Shown here: positions 38,599 through 48,075 of the stretch, piece by piece | Numbering within the stretch: the first letter of the stretch is position 1 | How the letters are laid out: each line of letters opens with the position of its first letter | DNA from: Deltaproteobacteria bacterium | GTDB lineage: Bacteria; Desulfobacterota; RBG-13-43-22 | Length of the DNA stretch: 64,000 nucleotides | NCBI GenBank assembly: GCA_016219225.1 | Contig: JACRBX010000048.1 | Location: 11,952-75,951 of the forward strand | Reading direction: 5' to 3' | Position numbers and translations under genes: made by a program | The notes under the pieces: model-generated | Seen by the model: the letters and a program-made list of their open reading frames with translations, nothing else | Told to the model about the DNA's origin: nothing | Databases searched by the model: none

Positions 38599-38700
38599 CT
38601 AAGCCCTCATCCCCTAGGGGCACCACGAATCAAATAATGAATGTCGAAGTAAGGTTGGTTTTGAACCCGCAACCCATAACTCGTAACCCGTAACGCTATC
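38599..38700. repeat. Intergenic repeat module copy plus TAACTCG 7-mer array
   Basis: ctaagccctcatcccctaggggcaccacgaatcaaataatgaatgtcgaagtaagg ... cataactcgtaacccgtaacg. Confidence 0.65.
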
Positions 38701-38715
38701 TTCGTATTCCCCCCT

Positions 38716-40035
38716 CTACCCCCCGGCTAACAATTTCCGGGGCAGCCAGGTGGCCAGCTCCGGAATCAGGATAACGATAATCAGACACAAGGCCTGGATG
38801 CCCACAAAGGGTATGACCGAGCGGATAATATCCCCCATGGAAATATGAGGTGGCACAATGGCTTTCATATAGAAAAGATTGAAGCCAAAGGGTGGGGTCA
38901 GATAAGCCATTTCCATGTTGACGATAAACAGCAGGCCGAACCAGACAGGATCGAAGCCCAGGGTCTTGATTACCGGGACGAAGACCGGCGTACAGATCAT
39001 GATGATCCCTCCCGGATCCAGCAACATCCCGAGGATGAAGAGCACCACCTGCATGCCGATTAGGATCATATACTTTGAAACCGGCAGGGTGGCGATCAAT
39101 CCCTGAATGAAGTCCACGGCCCCGATGGCCGTATAGAGGGAGGTGAAGGCAGTGCCCCCGATAATGATCCAGACCACCATACTGCTGAGCCGCAGAGTGG
39201 CGTAACTCGATTCCTTGATCACGCTCCAGGTGAGGCTACGGGATACGGCGGCGCAGAGTATGGCCCCCAGGGCGCCCAGGGCCGCAGCCTCAGTGGGAGT
39301 GGCGACTCCTTTGAAGATGGACCCCAGGACCAGGGCGATGAGGACCAGGGGCAGAACCACGGCCCGCAGGGATTCGAATTTTTCCTTCCAGGTGGCCCTT
39401 TTATCTTTGGGAAGGGCCGGTCCCAGATCTTTCTGAAAAAAACAGCGGATCAGGATATAGAAGATGAACATCAGACCCAGCAGGATCCCCGGGACAATAC
39501 CGCTGGCGAAGAGGGCGCCGATGGATTCCCCGGAAAAGAGGCCGTAGAGGATAAAAGGGATACTGGGCGGGATCAGGACCCCCAGTGCCCCGCCGGCGCT
39601 GATGCAGCCGATGGAAATGTCTTTGTTGTAGCCCCGCTGCAGCATGGAAGGCAGGGCGATGAGCCCCATGCTCACTGTGGCCGCCCCGCTGACCCCGACC
39701 ATGGCGGCGAAGATCATACAGATGATCACCGTCCCCACAGCCAGTCCGCCCCGAACCCCGCCGAACCAGCGATACATCATTTCATAGAGGGCTTTGGCCA
39801 ACCCGGACTGTTCGAGGACTACGCCCATGAAGATAAAAAGGGGGATAGCGATGAGGATAAAATTCTGCATGACCCCGAAGGAATTGGACGAGATCTGCAT
39901 CAGTCCCTGCGACCCCCAGAGCAGGTAGGAAAAGATGACCGCTGCCCCGCCCATGACCATTACCAGGGACGCGCCGGTGGCCAAAAAAAGGAGCAGCCCG
40001 GCGAACAAAAGCGTTGTGATCAGTCCGAGGTCCAT
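38716..40035 (-). CDS. dctM: TRAP transporter large permease DctM (second system)
   Basis: 439 aa polytopic DctM-family sequence. Confidence 0.85.
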   Translation of the reverse strand: MDLGLITTLLFAGLLLFLATGASLVMVMGGAAVIFSYLLWGSQGLMQISSNSFGVMQNFILIAIPLFIFMGVVLEQSGLAKALYEMMYRWFGGVRGGLAVGTVIICMIFAAMVGVSGAATVSMGLIALPSMLQRGYNKDISIGCISAGGALGVLIPPSIPFILYGLFSGESIGALFASGIVPGILLGLMFIFYILIRCFFQKDLGPALPKDKRATWKEKFESLRAVVLPLVLIALVLGSIFKGVATPTEAAALGALGAILCAAVSRSLTWSVIKESSYATLRLSSMVVWIIIGGTAFTSLYTAIGAVDFIQGLIATLPVSKYMILIGMQVVLFILGMLLDPGGIIMICTPVFVPVIKTLGFDPVWFGLLFIVNMEMAYLTPPFGFNLFYMKAIVPPHISMGDIIRSVIPFVGIQALCLIIVILIPELATWLPRKLLAGG

Positions 40036-40039
40036 GGGA

Positions 40040-40624
40040 CTACCCCTTTCTACCTATAGAACTAAGGGTTTGGCAATCGCGGATGAATTTGGCGATGGCC
40101 TGTAAGAGGAACAATAAGGCCCCCAGGGGGAGCATGATCCGGAAGGGATAGAGCGGCGGTCCCCATTGCGTGGAATCATGCTCCAGGGTGACCAGCGACC
40201 GCCAGGCCCCTTCTCCCCCTTTCCAGAGCAGGATGCCCAGGAACGGGACGGTCAGCATGAAAAAAGTGATAATGTCCAATATGGCCCTTCCCCGCACGGA
40301 AAAGCGGTTGTAAAAGATGTCCATGTTGACGTGTTTATTTTCCTTGGCCGTGTAGGCTCCGCCCAGGATGATGAAGGTGCCGAACAGCATGGCCGACATT
40401 TCCTGTGCCCAGACGGTCGGCCGTCCGAAAAAATAACGCATGACTACGTCGTAACTCACCATCAGGGCCAGTACCACGATCAATAGTCCGGCCATTTTCC
40501 CCACCGACTCGCTGAGCCAATCGATGCCGGTCAGCAGGCCGCCCCCGCTCTTTGGTGGACGGGGAACGGTCTGGGTCTCCGGCGCGACACCAGGCAGGGA
40601 GGTTCCTTTTTCTTCCCTGTTCAT
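40040..40624 (-). CDS. dctQ: TRAP transporter small permease DctQ (second system)
   Basis: 4-TM small subunit located between the dctM and dctP genes. Confidence 0.7.
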   Translation of the reverse strand: MNREEKGTSLPGVAPETQTVPRPPKSGGGLLTGIDWLSESVGKMAGLLIVVLALMVSYDVVMRYFFGRPTVWAQEMSAMLFGTFIILGGAYTAKENKHVNMDIFYNRFSVRGRAILDIITFFMLTVPFLGILLWKGGEGAWRSLVTLEHDSTQWGPPLYPFRIMLPLGALLFLLQAIAKFIRDCQTLSSIGRKG

Positions 40625-40638
40625 GCCTCGCCTCCTGA

Positions 40639-41655
40639 TCAGCGGCCTTTTTCTTTCCGCAATTCCTTAAGCAGGTTGATCGCCTTGGCGGACAGGGCAT
40701 CCTTCTTGGCCATCTCCATCTCCATGCCCTCGCTCACCTTATCCATTTTTTTCTGCTCGGCCTCGGGCAGGTTGACGAATTGGACCTTCCATTTTTTGGC
40801 CATTTCCTCTTTGGCGGTTTTGGTCAGGGCCCGGGAACTGTTAAAGCCGGCCATACCGCATTTCTGCAAGGCCGATTCCAGGGCAGCCCGTTGTTCCGGT
40901 TTCAGTTTTTTCCAGAGGTCCAGGTTGATCATGATGTTGTTCCAGGAGCCGATGATCGGTTCCGGTTCCATGTAGTTTTTCAAGACTTCCTGAAATTTCA
41001 TTTCGTACATGGGGCCCGCGTCGCCCCAATGGGCGCCGTCAACCACGCCTGTGGCCAGTGCGGTATACAACTCCCCGGCGGCCACAACCGTCGTGGAGGC
41101 CCCCAACTTGCCCAGGAAATCGGCCATGACCCCCATGGCCCGTAGTTTCATTCCTTTCAGGTCCTCCACCTTGTTGACCGGTTTTTTGGTCATCAGGCCC
41201 ACCGAAAAGGGTTCGTAAGGGATGATGTAGACGTTGTGCTTGGCATAGCCTTCACGCAGGAGGTTTATGAACCCCTTCTTGAACATGAATTCCCGGACTT
41301 CGTCAAAGTTTATGAAGGAATAAGGCAACCCCTGACCGACTTCGCTCACCGGGATGGCCTTGTACCAGAAGCCTTCCGGATAAAGGGCCATATCCAGGGT
41401 CCCTTTGCCGACGGCGTCCATCATCTCCTTCACCGGGACTATCGAGCCCGCTGGAAAGATGGAGACCTCCAGGGTCCCCTTGGAGGCCGCGGCCACATCC
41501 TGGGCAAAGGTGCCCATGGACCTTTTGGTCTGGGTAGGGATCAGGTGGGTCTGCATCCGGATTTTCACTTTGGGTTCTTCAGCGGCCTGGCTGTAACTCC
41601 CCGTAGCCAGCGCTACCACCATTACCAGGGCCAGTAAAATCTTTCTAGACGTCAT
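40639..41655 (-). CDS. dctP: TRAP transporter substrate-binding protein DctP (second system)
   Basis: Start placed at MTSRKILLAL with GGAGGAAGG upstream; signal peptide plus DctP domain. Confidence 0.8.
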   Translation of the reverse strand: MTSRKILLALVMVVALATGSYSQAAEEPKVKIRMQTHLIPTQTKRSMGTFAQDVAAASKGTLEVSIFPAGSIVPVKEMMDAVGKGTLDMALYPEGFWYKAIPVSEVGQGLPYSFINFDEVREFMFKKGFINLLREGYAKHNVYIIPYEPFSVGLMTKKPVNKVEDLKGMKLRAMGVMADFLGKLGASTTVVAAGELYTALATGVVDGAHWGDAGPMYEMKFQEVLKNYMEPEPIIGSWNNIMINLDLWKKLKPEQRAALESALQKCGMAGFNSSRALTKTAKEEMAKKWKVQFVNLPEAEQKKMDKVSEGMEMEMAKKDALSAKAINLLKELRKEKGR

Positions 41656-41824
41656 CTTCCTTCCTCCTTGATAAATAATTAAATTGCTATTCTGAAAATT
41701 TAGTGCAAACTTTTTAAACGGCGAGGCCATCTGCCTCTGGCCGGACCATCCCAGAGACCTGATCCAATATCCTCGACCGGAACCCTGTGGACTGAACGAT
41801 CAGTCGAGATTAACCTCAAAAAAT

Positions 41825-42433
41825 TTAAGGCCCTTTTTGAGTCAGGCCTTTCAAAATAAAATCTCGAACCGTTTTTACAAAGGCCCGTGCATCCAGCGAT
41901 TCCCCCTTCACCAGCCATTGGACCAGCATCCCGGTATGACAGGCTATGACGGCATGGGCATAAAGGGCTGAATCCACATCCCGGTTCACCGAGCCGTCCC
42001 GTTTCCCGGCTTCCAGCATGCCCTCAACAATGATATCGAACTTCCCATAAACCGCCTTGGCCACCTTCTCGGCCTCGGTATGGGTGCCGGATATCTCATT
42101 TAAAAGGGTGTTGAAGGCCAGGCACAGGTCCCGGTTATCCCGGGCAAATTCTGTTGAGTACTTATGAAAAAGGCGATACCTGACGGTGAAATCTCCTTTA
42201 CAGCCTCGTACCGTTTCGCTTAATTTGTCCAACAATTCGGTTTCAAATTTTCGAAAAATAGTGATCAGGATTTCTTCCTTGCTCTTGAAGTACCAGTAAA
42301 GGGTACCTCTTCCGATGCCAGCCGCTTCGGTGATCTCTTTTACCGACGTTCCCCGAAAACCATTGGCCAGGAAAAGTCGTGTACTTTCACGGATTATTGC
42401 TTCTTTGACGTCGCTGGTTTTAGGTTCGTGCAA
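41825..42433 (-). CDS. TetR/AcrR family transcriptional regulator
   Basis: N-terminal HTH FRGTSVKEITEAAGIGRGTLYWYF. Confidence 0.8.
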   Translation of the reverse strand: MHEPKTSDVKEAIIRESTRLFLANGFRGTSVKEITEAAGIGRGTLYWYFKSKEEILITIFRKFETELLDKLSETVRGCKGDFTVRYRLFHKYSTEFARDNRDLCLAFNTLLNEISGTHTEAEKVAKAVYGKFDIIVEGMLEAGKRDGSVNRDVDSALYAHAVIACHTGMLVQWLVKGESLDARAFVKTVRDFILKGLTQKGP

Positions 42434-42591
42434 GTTCTTTGCCTATTCTTTATTGACCGTTCAGTCCATGATTTATTCCCTTTAATATATCGAAAAAAGG
42501 ATGTCAAGAAAAAAAATTCCCTTTCAAAAAAAATCCGGGGAGAATAAAGGGGCCCATGAGGGCTTAACGGGAAACAGACTATCCGACCGAT

Positions 42592-43053
42592 TCAGATCAT
42601 CTTTTGACTGTTCTGGATCAATCTTCTGACGTTAGTCAGGAGATCCTGTTTTTCCTCAGGAGAAAAGCCTTTCAACATCATTTTCAAACACTGGTCGCGC
42701 TCTTTTTCGATCTTTTTCAGGGTTTCTTTTCCCTTAGCGGTGATTTCGAGCAGAGTGACCCGCTCGTCTTTAATGTCCGATTTTTTGAGGATAAAGCCGT
42801 TTTTTTCCAGCCTCTTGGCTATGCCGGTCATATTGGCACCCGGGACGAGCATGATGCGGCTCACCTCGGTGATCCGGCTTTGTCCATCGGTTGAGGCATC
42901 CAAAACCCTCAGGACATTGTATTGGGGGAAGGAGAGGTCCTGGTTCCTGAAAATGGTCGATATGGCCCTTTTAAAGATCTCGGCCGCTCGGACCACGGCC
43001 ATCAGGACCTTCTCGTCCCCGCTTAAATCGCTTCGATAGTTGACAACTCTCAC
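42592..43053 (-). CDS. MarR family transcriptional regulator
   Basis: 153 aa winged-helix MarR-type sequence. Confidence 0.75.
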   Translation of the reverse strand: MRVVNYRSDLSGDEKVLMAVVRAAEIFKRAISTIFRNQDLSFPQYNVLRVLDASTDGQSRITEVSRIMLVPGANMTGIAKRLEKNGFILKKSDIKDERVTLLEITAKGKETLKKIEKERDQCLKMMLKGFSPEEKQDLLTNVRRLIQNSQKMI

Positions 43054-43077
43054 AAATAATCCTCTAACCCTTACAAT

Positions 43078-45351
43078 CTATTTTTCTTTCCGCAGACCCT
43101 GTAAAATCTTCTCCGGCGTTATGGGCAAATCCAGACACCGGTAACCGGTGGCATGATAGACCGCATCGGAAATGGCCGGAGCGGTGGGGGAGGCCAGGCC
43201 TTCTCCGCATTCTTTGGCCCCCATGGGGCCTTCCGGTTCGTAGGTGTCCACGTGAACCACTTCACTGGGGGGCATATCCAGGGCGTTAGGCATCTTATAG
43301 TCCAGGAAGTTGTTGTTCAGGGTCTTGCCCCCGTCCATGACAAACTGCTCGGAAAGGGCATAGCCCAGACCCATCTGGATGGATCCGGCCAACTGTCCCT
43401 CCACGGCCCGGGGGTTGATCACCGTGCCGCAGTCATGGGCCGTCCACATCTTTTTCACTTCCACCAGACCGGTCTCCTGATCGACTTCGACCTGGGCCAC
43501 CTGGGCCCCGAAGCCGAAGGCCGGAGTGACCAGCCCCTTGTCCCGGGGGGTATAGGAACCCCTGGCCACCAGGGGCTCCCCCCGGTTGGCCTTCTGCACC
43601 ATGGCCACCGCCTCCCCGAAAGATAACCCTTTATCCGGCCGGCCCTTGGCCTGGACCCGGTTGTTCAGGCACTCAAATTCATAGATGACATTTAAATTGA
43701 ACCGGGCCGAGACGGCCCCGAACAACTGGGCCTTGATCTTTTTGGCCGCATCGATCACCGCGTTTCCGGCCATCAGGGTCACCCGGCTACCCCAGGAGCC
43801 CAGGTCGGCCTGGGGGGTCATGGCGGTATCGGCCGAGGTAATCCGGATGTCCTCCATCCGCAGTCCCAGCTCTTCGGCCAGGATCTGTTTGAGGGCCGTA
43901 TCCGATCCCTGACCAATGTCGGAGGCCATGGTCAGCAGGTGGACGGTGCCGTCGGTAAAGGCCCGGACTTCGGCAGCCGAAAAGGGATATTGGGTATTGA
44001 ACCAGTTAAAGACCCCTCCGGAAATAAAGCTGTAGCAGCCGATACCGATCCCCTGCCCCGGTTTGAGATTTTTCCGTTTTTCCTTCCAGCCGCTCATCTT
44101 GGCCACGGTCTTGATGGAATCGATAAAGCCGCAACTGGAAATGGTGGCCACGTCCGGGATCTTATCTCCGCTCACCTGGGCGTTTTTGATCCGCAGATCC
44201 ACCGGGTCGATCCCCAATTCCTCGGCCGCACTATTCATCTGGATCTCGGTGGCGTAAAGCGACTGGGGAGCACCGAAACCGCGCATGGCGCTGGCCGGGG
44301 GCTTATTGGTGTAAACGTGTTCCCCGTGAAACCGGTAGTTGGGATAGCGGTAGAGCATGGCCCCGAAATTGCCGCACAGGAAAGTGGCCGTGGGTCCCAT
44401 GGCATTATAGGCCCCGCCGTCTAATTGAATTTTCAGGTCTTTGGCCATCAGGGTCCCATCTTTCTTGAAGCCGACCCTGGAATGGAGCTTCATGGGGTGT
44501 CTGCGGCGTCCGGCCAGAAATTCTTCTTCCCGGCTGAGGGTGAACTTGACGGGCTTGCCGGTTTTTTTGGCCATCAGGGCGGCACAGAATTCCCAGGTCC
44601 TGAGTTCCATCTTGCCGCCGAAGCCGCCGCCGACAAAGGGTTTGATCACCCGGATATCATTTTCCCGCATACCCAGGGCCGAGGCCAGAAGACACTGGAC
44701 GATATAAGGAACCTGGGTCGAGGTCCAGAGGGTAATCCGGCCGTCCTGATCAGCCTGAGCCAGGGCCGAGCAGGGCTCCAGATAGGCATGACTGACCGCA
44801 TGGACCGTAAAGGTGTCCTCCCGGATATAATCCGATTCCGCAAAGCCCTTTTCCACATCGCCGTATTGGATCTTCCGGTTGACGCTGACATTATTGGAGC
44901 AATAGTCATGAATGACCGGGGCCCCCGCTCCTCTGGCTGCGTCCACGTCAAAGACGGCCGGCAATTCTCCGTATTCCACGATAATTTTTTCCAGGGCTTC
45001 CTGAGCCGTGTCCGGGTCTATGGCGGCCACTGCGGCCACTTCATCCCCGATAAAACGCACCTTGTCCACGGCCAGGGGGTATTCGTCCTGGGTTTCCGGA
45101 AATAGCCTCCAGTTGCCGTATTTGATCTTGGGCGTATCCTCGCAGGTCAGTACGCACTTGACCCCCAGCATGGCCTTGGCCTTACTGGTATCGATATATT
45201 TGATCTGGGCATGGGCCAGGGGACTTCGGAGTATCCGGCCGTAAAGCATCCCCGGCAGTTTCAGGTCGTCCGTATATTGGGCCCTGCCTCTGGCTTTGGC
45301 CTCGGCATCGTTCCTGGGCACCTCTTTTCCGATAATATTGAATTGTTCCAT
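43078..45351 (-). CDS. Molybdenum hydroxylase family large (molybdopterin-binding) subunit
   Basis: 757 aa belonging to the xanthine dehydrogenase/aldehyde oxidase/4-hydroxybenzoyl-CoA reductase alpha-subunit family. Confidence 0.85.
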   Translation of the reverse strand: MEQFNIIGKEVPRNDAEAKARGRAQYTDDLKLPGMLYGRILRSPLAHAQIKYIDTSKAKAMLGVKCVLTCEDTPKIKYGNWRLFPETQDEYPLAVDKVRFIGDEVAAVAAIDPDTAQEALEKIIVEYGELPAVFDVDAARGAGAPVIHDYCSNNVSVNRKIQYGDVEKGFAESDYIREDTFTVHAVSHAYLEPCSALAQADQDGRITLWTSTQVPYIVQCLLASALGMRENDIRVIKPFVGGGFGGKMELRTWEFCAALMAKKTGKPVKFTLSREEEFLAGRRRHPMKLHSRVGFKKDGTLMAKDLKIQLDGGAYNAMGPTATFLCGNFGAMLYRYPNYRFHGEHVYTNKPPASAMRGFGAPQSLYATEIQMNSAAEELGIDPVDLRIKNAQVSGDKIPDVATISSCGFIDSIKTVAKMSGWKEKRKNLKPGQGIGIGCYSFISGGVFNWFNTQYPFSAAEVRAFTDGTVHLLTMASDIGQGSDTALKQILAEELGLRMEDIRITSADTAMTPQADLGSWGSRVTLMAGNAVIDAAKKIKAQLFGAVSARFNLNVIYEFECLNNRVQAKGRPDKGLSFGEAVAMVQKANRGEPLVARGSYTPRDKGLVTPAFGFGAQVAQVEVDQETGLVEVKKMWTAHDCGTVINPRAVEGQLAGSIQMGLGYALSEQFVMDGGKTLNNNFLDYKMPNALDMPPSEVVHVDTYEPEGPMGAKECGEGLASPTAPAISDAVYHATGYRCLDLPITPEKILQGLRKEK

Positions 45352-45372
45352 GTTCCTTCCTTTCCCCTTAGG

Positions 45373-46248
45373 CTAACGTTTCCTGGCCCGTTTTTGGGCT
45401 TCTAATAAGGCTCGACGGGTCAATACGGCGACCATCATTTTCCGATAGGCCGCGCTGGCCCGAACATCAGAGATGGGCTTGGCTTCTTCGACGGCCTGTT
45501 TACCGGCCTTTTCGATGAGTTCCGGTGTCCACTGCTGCCCTTGTACCAGCCCTTCCGTCTTTTTCGCCCGCAACGGGATAGGGCCCACGGCACCCAGGAC
45601 AATCCGGGCCTCGCGGCAGGTTTCCCCGTCAAAAATAGCCATAACCCCAACGCAAACGGCTGCGATGTCCACCTTGCCCCGGGCCGAGACGTGCTGGTAG
45701 GCCGTTCCGGAATGGGGGGGAGGAATTGGAACAAAGATACCGGTCATGATTTCATCCGGCGCCAGGGCGGTAAGTCTCGGTCCTTTAAAAAACTGATCCA
45801 AAGGCAGGCGCCTTTCTCCCTTCGGGCCGGCCAGGAGGGCTTCCCCCTTCATGGCGATCAGGGTCGGGGCGTTATCGGCCGAGGGAGCGGCATTGCAAAG
45901 GTTTCCGCCCACGGTCCCCATATTGCGAATCTGCACATTGGCCGTTTCCAGCGCGGCGTAGGCCACAGCCGGATAATGCTTTTTGATGTCCGGATGGTCG
46001 GCCACCTCGGACAGCTTGGCGGTTGCCCCGATGGTCAATCCTACCTTGGGTTGGTAGCGAATCGCCTTAAGGGCCTCAATGCCCTCCAGGGCGATAATCG
46101 CCTGGGGTTTTAAAAGGCCGGCTTTCATTCGGATGAGCAGATCCGTTCCGCCGGCTAACAACCGGGCCCCCTCTCCTTTTTCGGTTAAAAGGCGCAGGGC
46201 CTCTTCCAGGGTTTGGGGTGCAAAGTAATCGAATTTAGGCAATCTCAT
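45373..46248 (-). CDS. Molybdenum hydroxylase FAD-binding medium subunit (CoxM-like)
   Basis: LLAGGTDL and GTVGGNL motifs. Confidence 0.8.
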   Translation of the reverse strand: MRLPKFDYFAPQTLEEALRLLTEKGEGARLLAGGTDLLIRMKAGLLKPQAIIALEGIEALKAIRYQPKVGLTIGATAKLSEVADHPDIKKHYPAVAYAALETANVQIRNMGTVGGNLCNAAPSADNAPTLIAMKGEALLAGPKGERRLPLDQFFKGPRLTALAPDEIMTGIFVPIPPPHSGTAYQHVSARGKVDIAAVCVGVMAIFDGETCREARIVLGAVGPIPLRAKKTEGLVQGQQWTPELIEKAGKQAVEEAKPISDVRASAAYRKMMVAVLTRRALLEAQKRARKR

Positions 46249-46742
46249 GACTCCACCTCTTTTGTTTGACTGTCCTTCATTTTTTCCCCCGCCACCGAGA
46301 TGGCCTCCACAATCTGGTTGTAGCCCGTGCAGCGGCAGAGGTGTCCGGAAAGACCTTCCCTGATTTCTTTTTCACTGGGTGTTGGGTTCTGGTTTAACAG
46401 ATATAACCCGGACATTTCCATCCCGGCGGTGCAGAATCCGCACTGGATGGCCCCGGTTTGAATAAAGGCCTCCTGAATCGGATGCAGCTCTTCACCCGAA
46501 GGGGCCAGGCCTTCCACGGTTTTGATGGACTTGCCGTCCACGGACACGGCCAATGTCAGGCAGGAACTGACGGTCCGGCCGTCCACCAGGACCGTGCAAG
46601 CCCCGCAATCGCCGGTGCCGCAGCCAAGTTTTGTGCCGGTCAAGTTCAGGTCTTCCCGAAGCACCTCATTCAGAGTCTGCCTGGGATCCACCGACAGCGA
46701 ATAGTCATCCCCATTCACATTAATGTTGATTTGGTGTTTCAT
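46245..46742 (-). CDS. Molybdenum hydroxylase [2Fe-2S] small subunit (CoxS-like)
   Basis: CGTGDCGAC and CGFCTAGM cluster motifs. Confidence 0.85.
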   Translation of the reverse strand: MKHQININVNGDDYSLSVDPRQTLNEVLREDLNLTGTKLGCGTGDCGACTVLVDGRTVSSCLTLAVSVDGKSIKTVEGLAPSGEELHPIQEAFIQTGAIQCGFCTAGMEMSGLYLLNQNPTPSEKEIREGLSGHLCRCTGYNQIVEAISVAGEKMKDSQTKEVES

Positions 46743-46897
46743 AAACCCTCCATACCATTTCCTTCTAATAATTTATGTTCTGGGTATACCTTAATACGAT
46801 CCTAAGTTATTTAAAACCCTTTTTTCTTTTTCTCTCCGGAATTCCTCACGGATTACCTGGCTGAGGCGCTTTCGATCGGATGGCCAAAGCTATTCCC

Positions 46898-48052
46898 CTA
46901 TGAAGAAAACCCCAGTCCGCGGCTGATAATCAGCTTCATGATTTCACTGGTGCCGGCGAAAATCGACAGGCAGCGCACATCGCGATACAATTTACAGACC
47001 CGGTATTCTTCCATGTAGCCGTAACCGCCGTGGATCTGGACCGCCTGATAGGCGATCCGGTTTACCATTTCACCGAGCCAGTATTTGGCCATGGAAACCC
47101 TCTGGACGATATTTTTGCCTCGAAGGTGGTCCCTGATGAGGCTGTCCAGGAAGGTGCGGCCCAGTTCGACCTCGGTGGCCATGTCGGCCAGGCGGAAGGC
47201 ATTATACTGGAAATTGCCGATCGGCTTTCCAAAGGCCTCACGCACTTTGGCATAATGGAGCGCCTCTTTCAGGGCCTCTTCGGCCAGGACCATACACTTG
47301 ATGGATACTTCCAGCCGCTCCTGCTGCAGCTTGGCCATCATGTATTTAAACCCCTGCCCTTCCTCTCCCAGCAGGTTGCCGACCGGTACCCGGCAGTCTT
47401 CGAAAAAGAGCTCGGCCGTGTCCTGCATGTGATAGCCCATTTTAGACAGTTTCCGGCCCCGATGAAATCCGGGGGCGTCCTTGTCCACCAGGATCAGGCT
47501 GATACCCCGGTGGCCGGCCTCGGGGTCCGTTTTAACGGCTACCACAATCAGGTCCGAAAAATAACCGTTGGTAATAAATGTTTTCTGTCCGTTGATGACA
47601 TAGGAGTCCCCGTCTCGCACGGCCCGGGTGCGAATGGCGGCCAGATCGGAGCCGGCGTTGGGCTCGGTCAGCCCGATGGCCGTCACCACTTCCCCGGTGG
47701 TGCACCCGGGTAGCCAGCGCTTTTTCATTTCGGGAGAGGCAAAGGAATAGATATAAGGCGTTGCGACATCGCTGTGGAGGGGCACCTCCACCCCGAAGGC
47801 GTTCCCGCGCAGCAGCTCCTCGTTAATGATGACCGAATATTCGAATCCCAAACCCAATCCCCCGTATTCCTCGGGAAGCCAGGGACACAAATAACCTTCT
47901 TCCCCCATCCTTCGCCAGATATGCCGGGGTACGGCGCACTGGGCCTCCCATTCAGGGACGTTGGGCGTAATCTCCCGGGCCACAAACTTGCGAAAGGCAT
48001 CACGGAAAATCTGATGTTCCTCACTGTTATAGATGGTTTCGTCCATATCCAT
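46898..48052 (-). CDS. Acyl-CoA dehydrogenase
   Basis: 384 aa ACAD fold, with GLTEPNAGSD and QIHGGYGY motifs. Confidence 0.9.
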   Translation of the reverse strand: MDMDETIYNSEEHQIFRDAFRKFVAREITPNVPEWEAQCAVPRHIWRRMGEEGYLCPWLPEEYGGLGLGFEYSVIINEELLRGNAFGVEVPLHSDVATPYIYSFASPEMKKRWLPGCTTGEVVTAIGLTEPNAGSDLAAIRTRAVRDGDSYVINGQKTFITNGYFSDLIVVAVKTDPEAGHRGISLILVDKDAPGFHRGRKLSKMGYHMQDTAELFFEDCRVPVGNLLGEEGQGFKYMMAKLQQERLEVSIKCMVLAEEALKEALHYAKVREAFGKPIGNFQYNAFRLADMATEVELGRTFLDSLIRDHLRGKNIVQRVSMAKYWLGEMVNRIAYQAVQIHGGYGYMEEYRVCKLYRDVRCLSIFAGTSEIMKLIISRGLGFSS

Positions 48053-48075
48053 TCTCCTTACTATTCCTTATTTCC

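Noticed and set aside
2015-38654. Reading the conserved GGCACCACGAAGCATG core as a sigma-54 -24/-12 promoter
   Set aside because: GG to GC spacing is 11 nt rather than 12, and the elements face away from the adjacent minus-strand genes.
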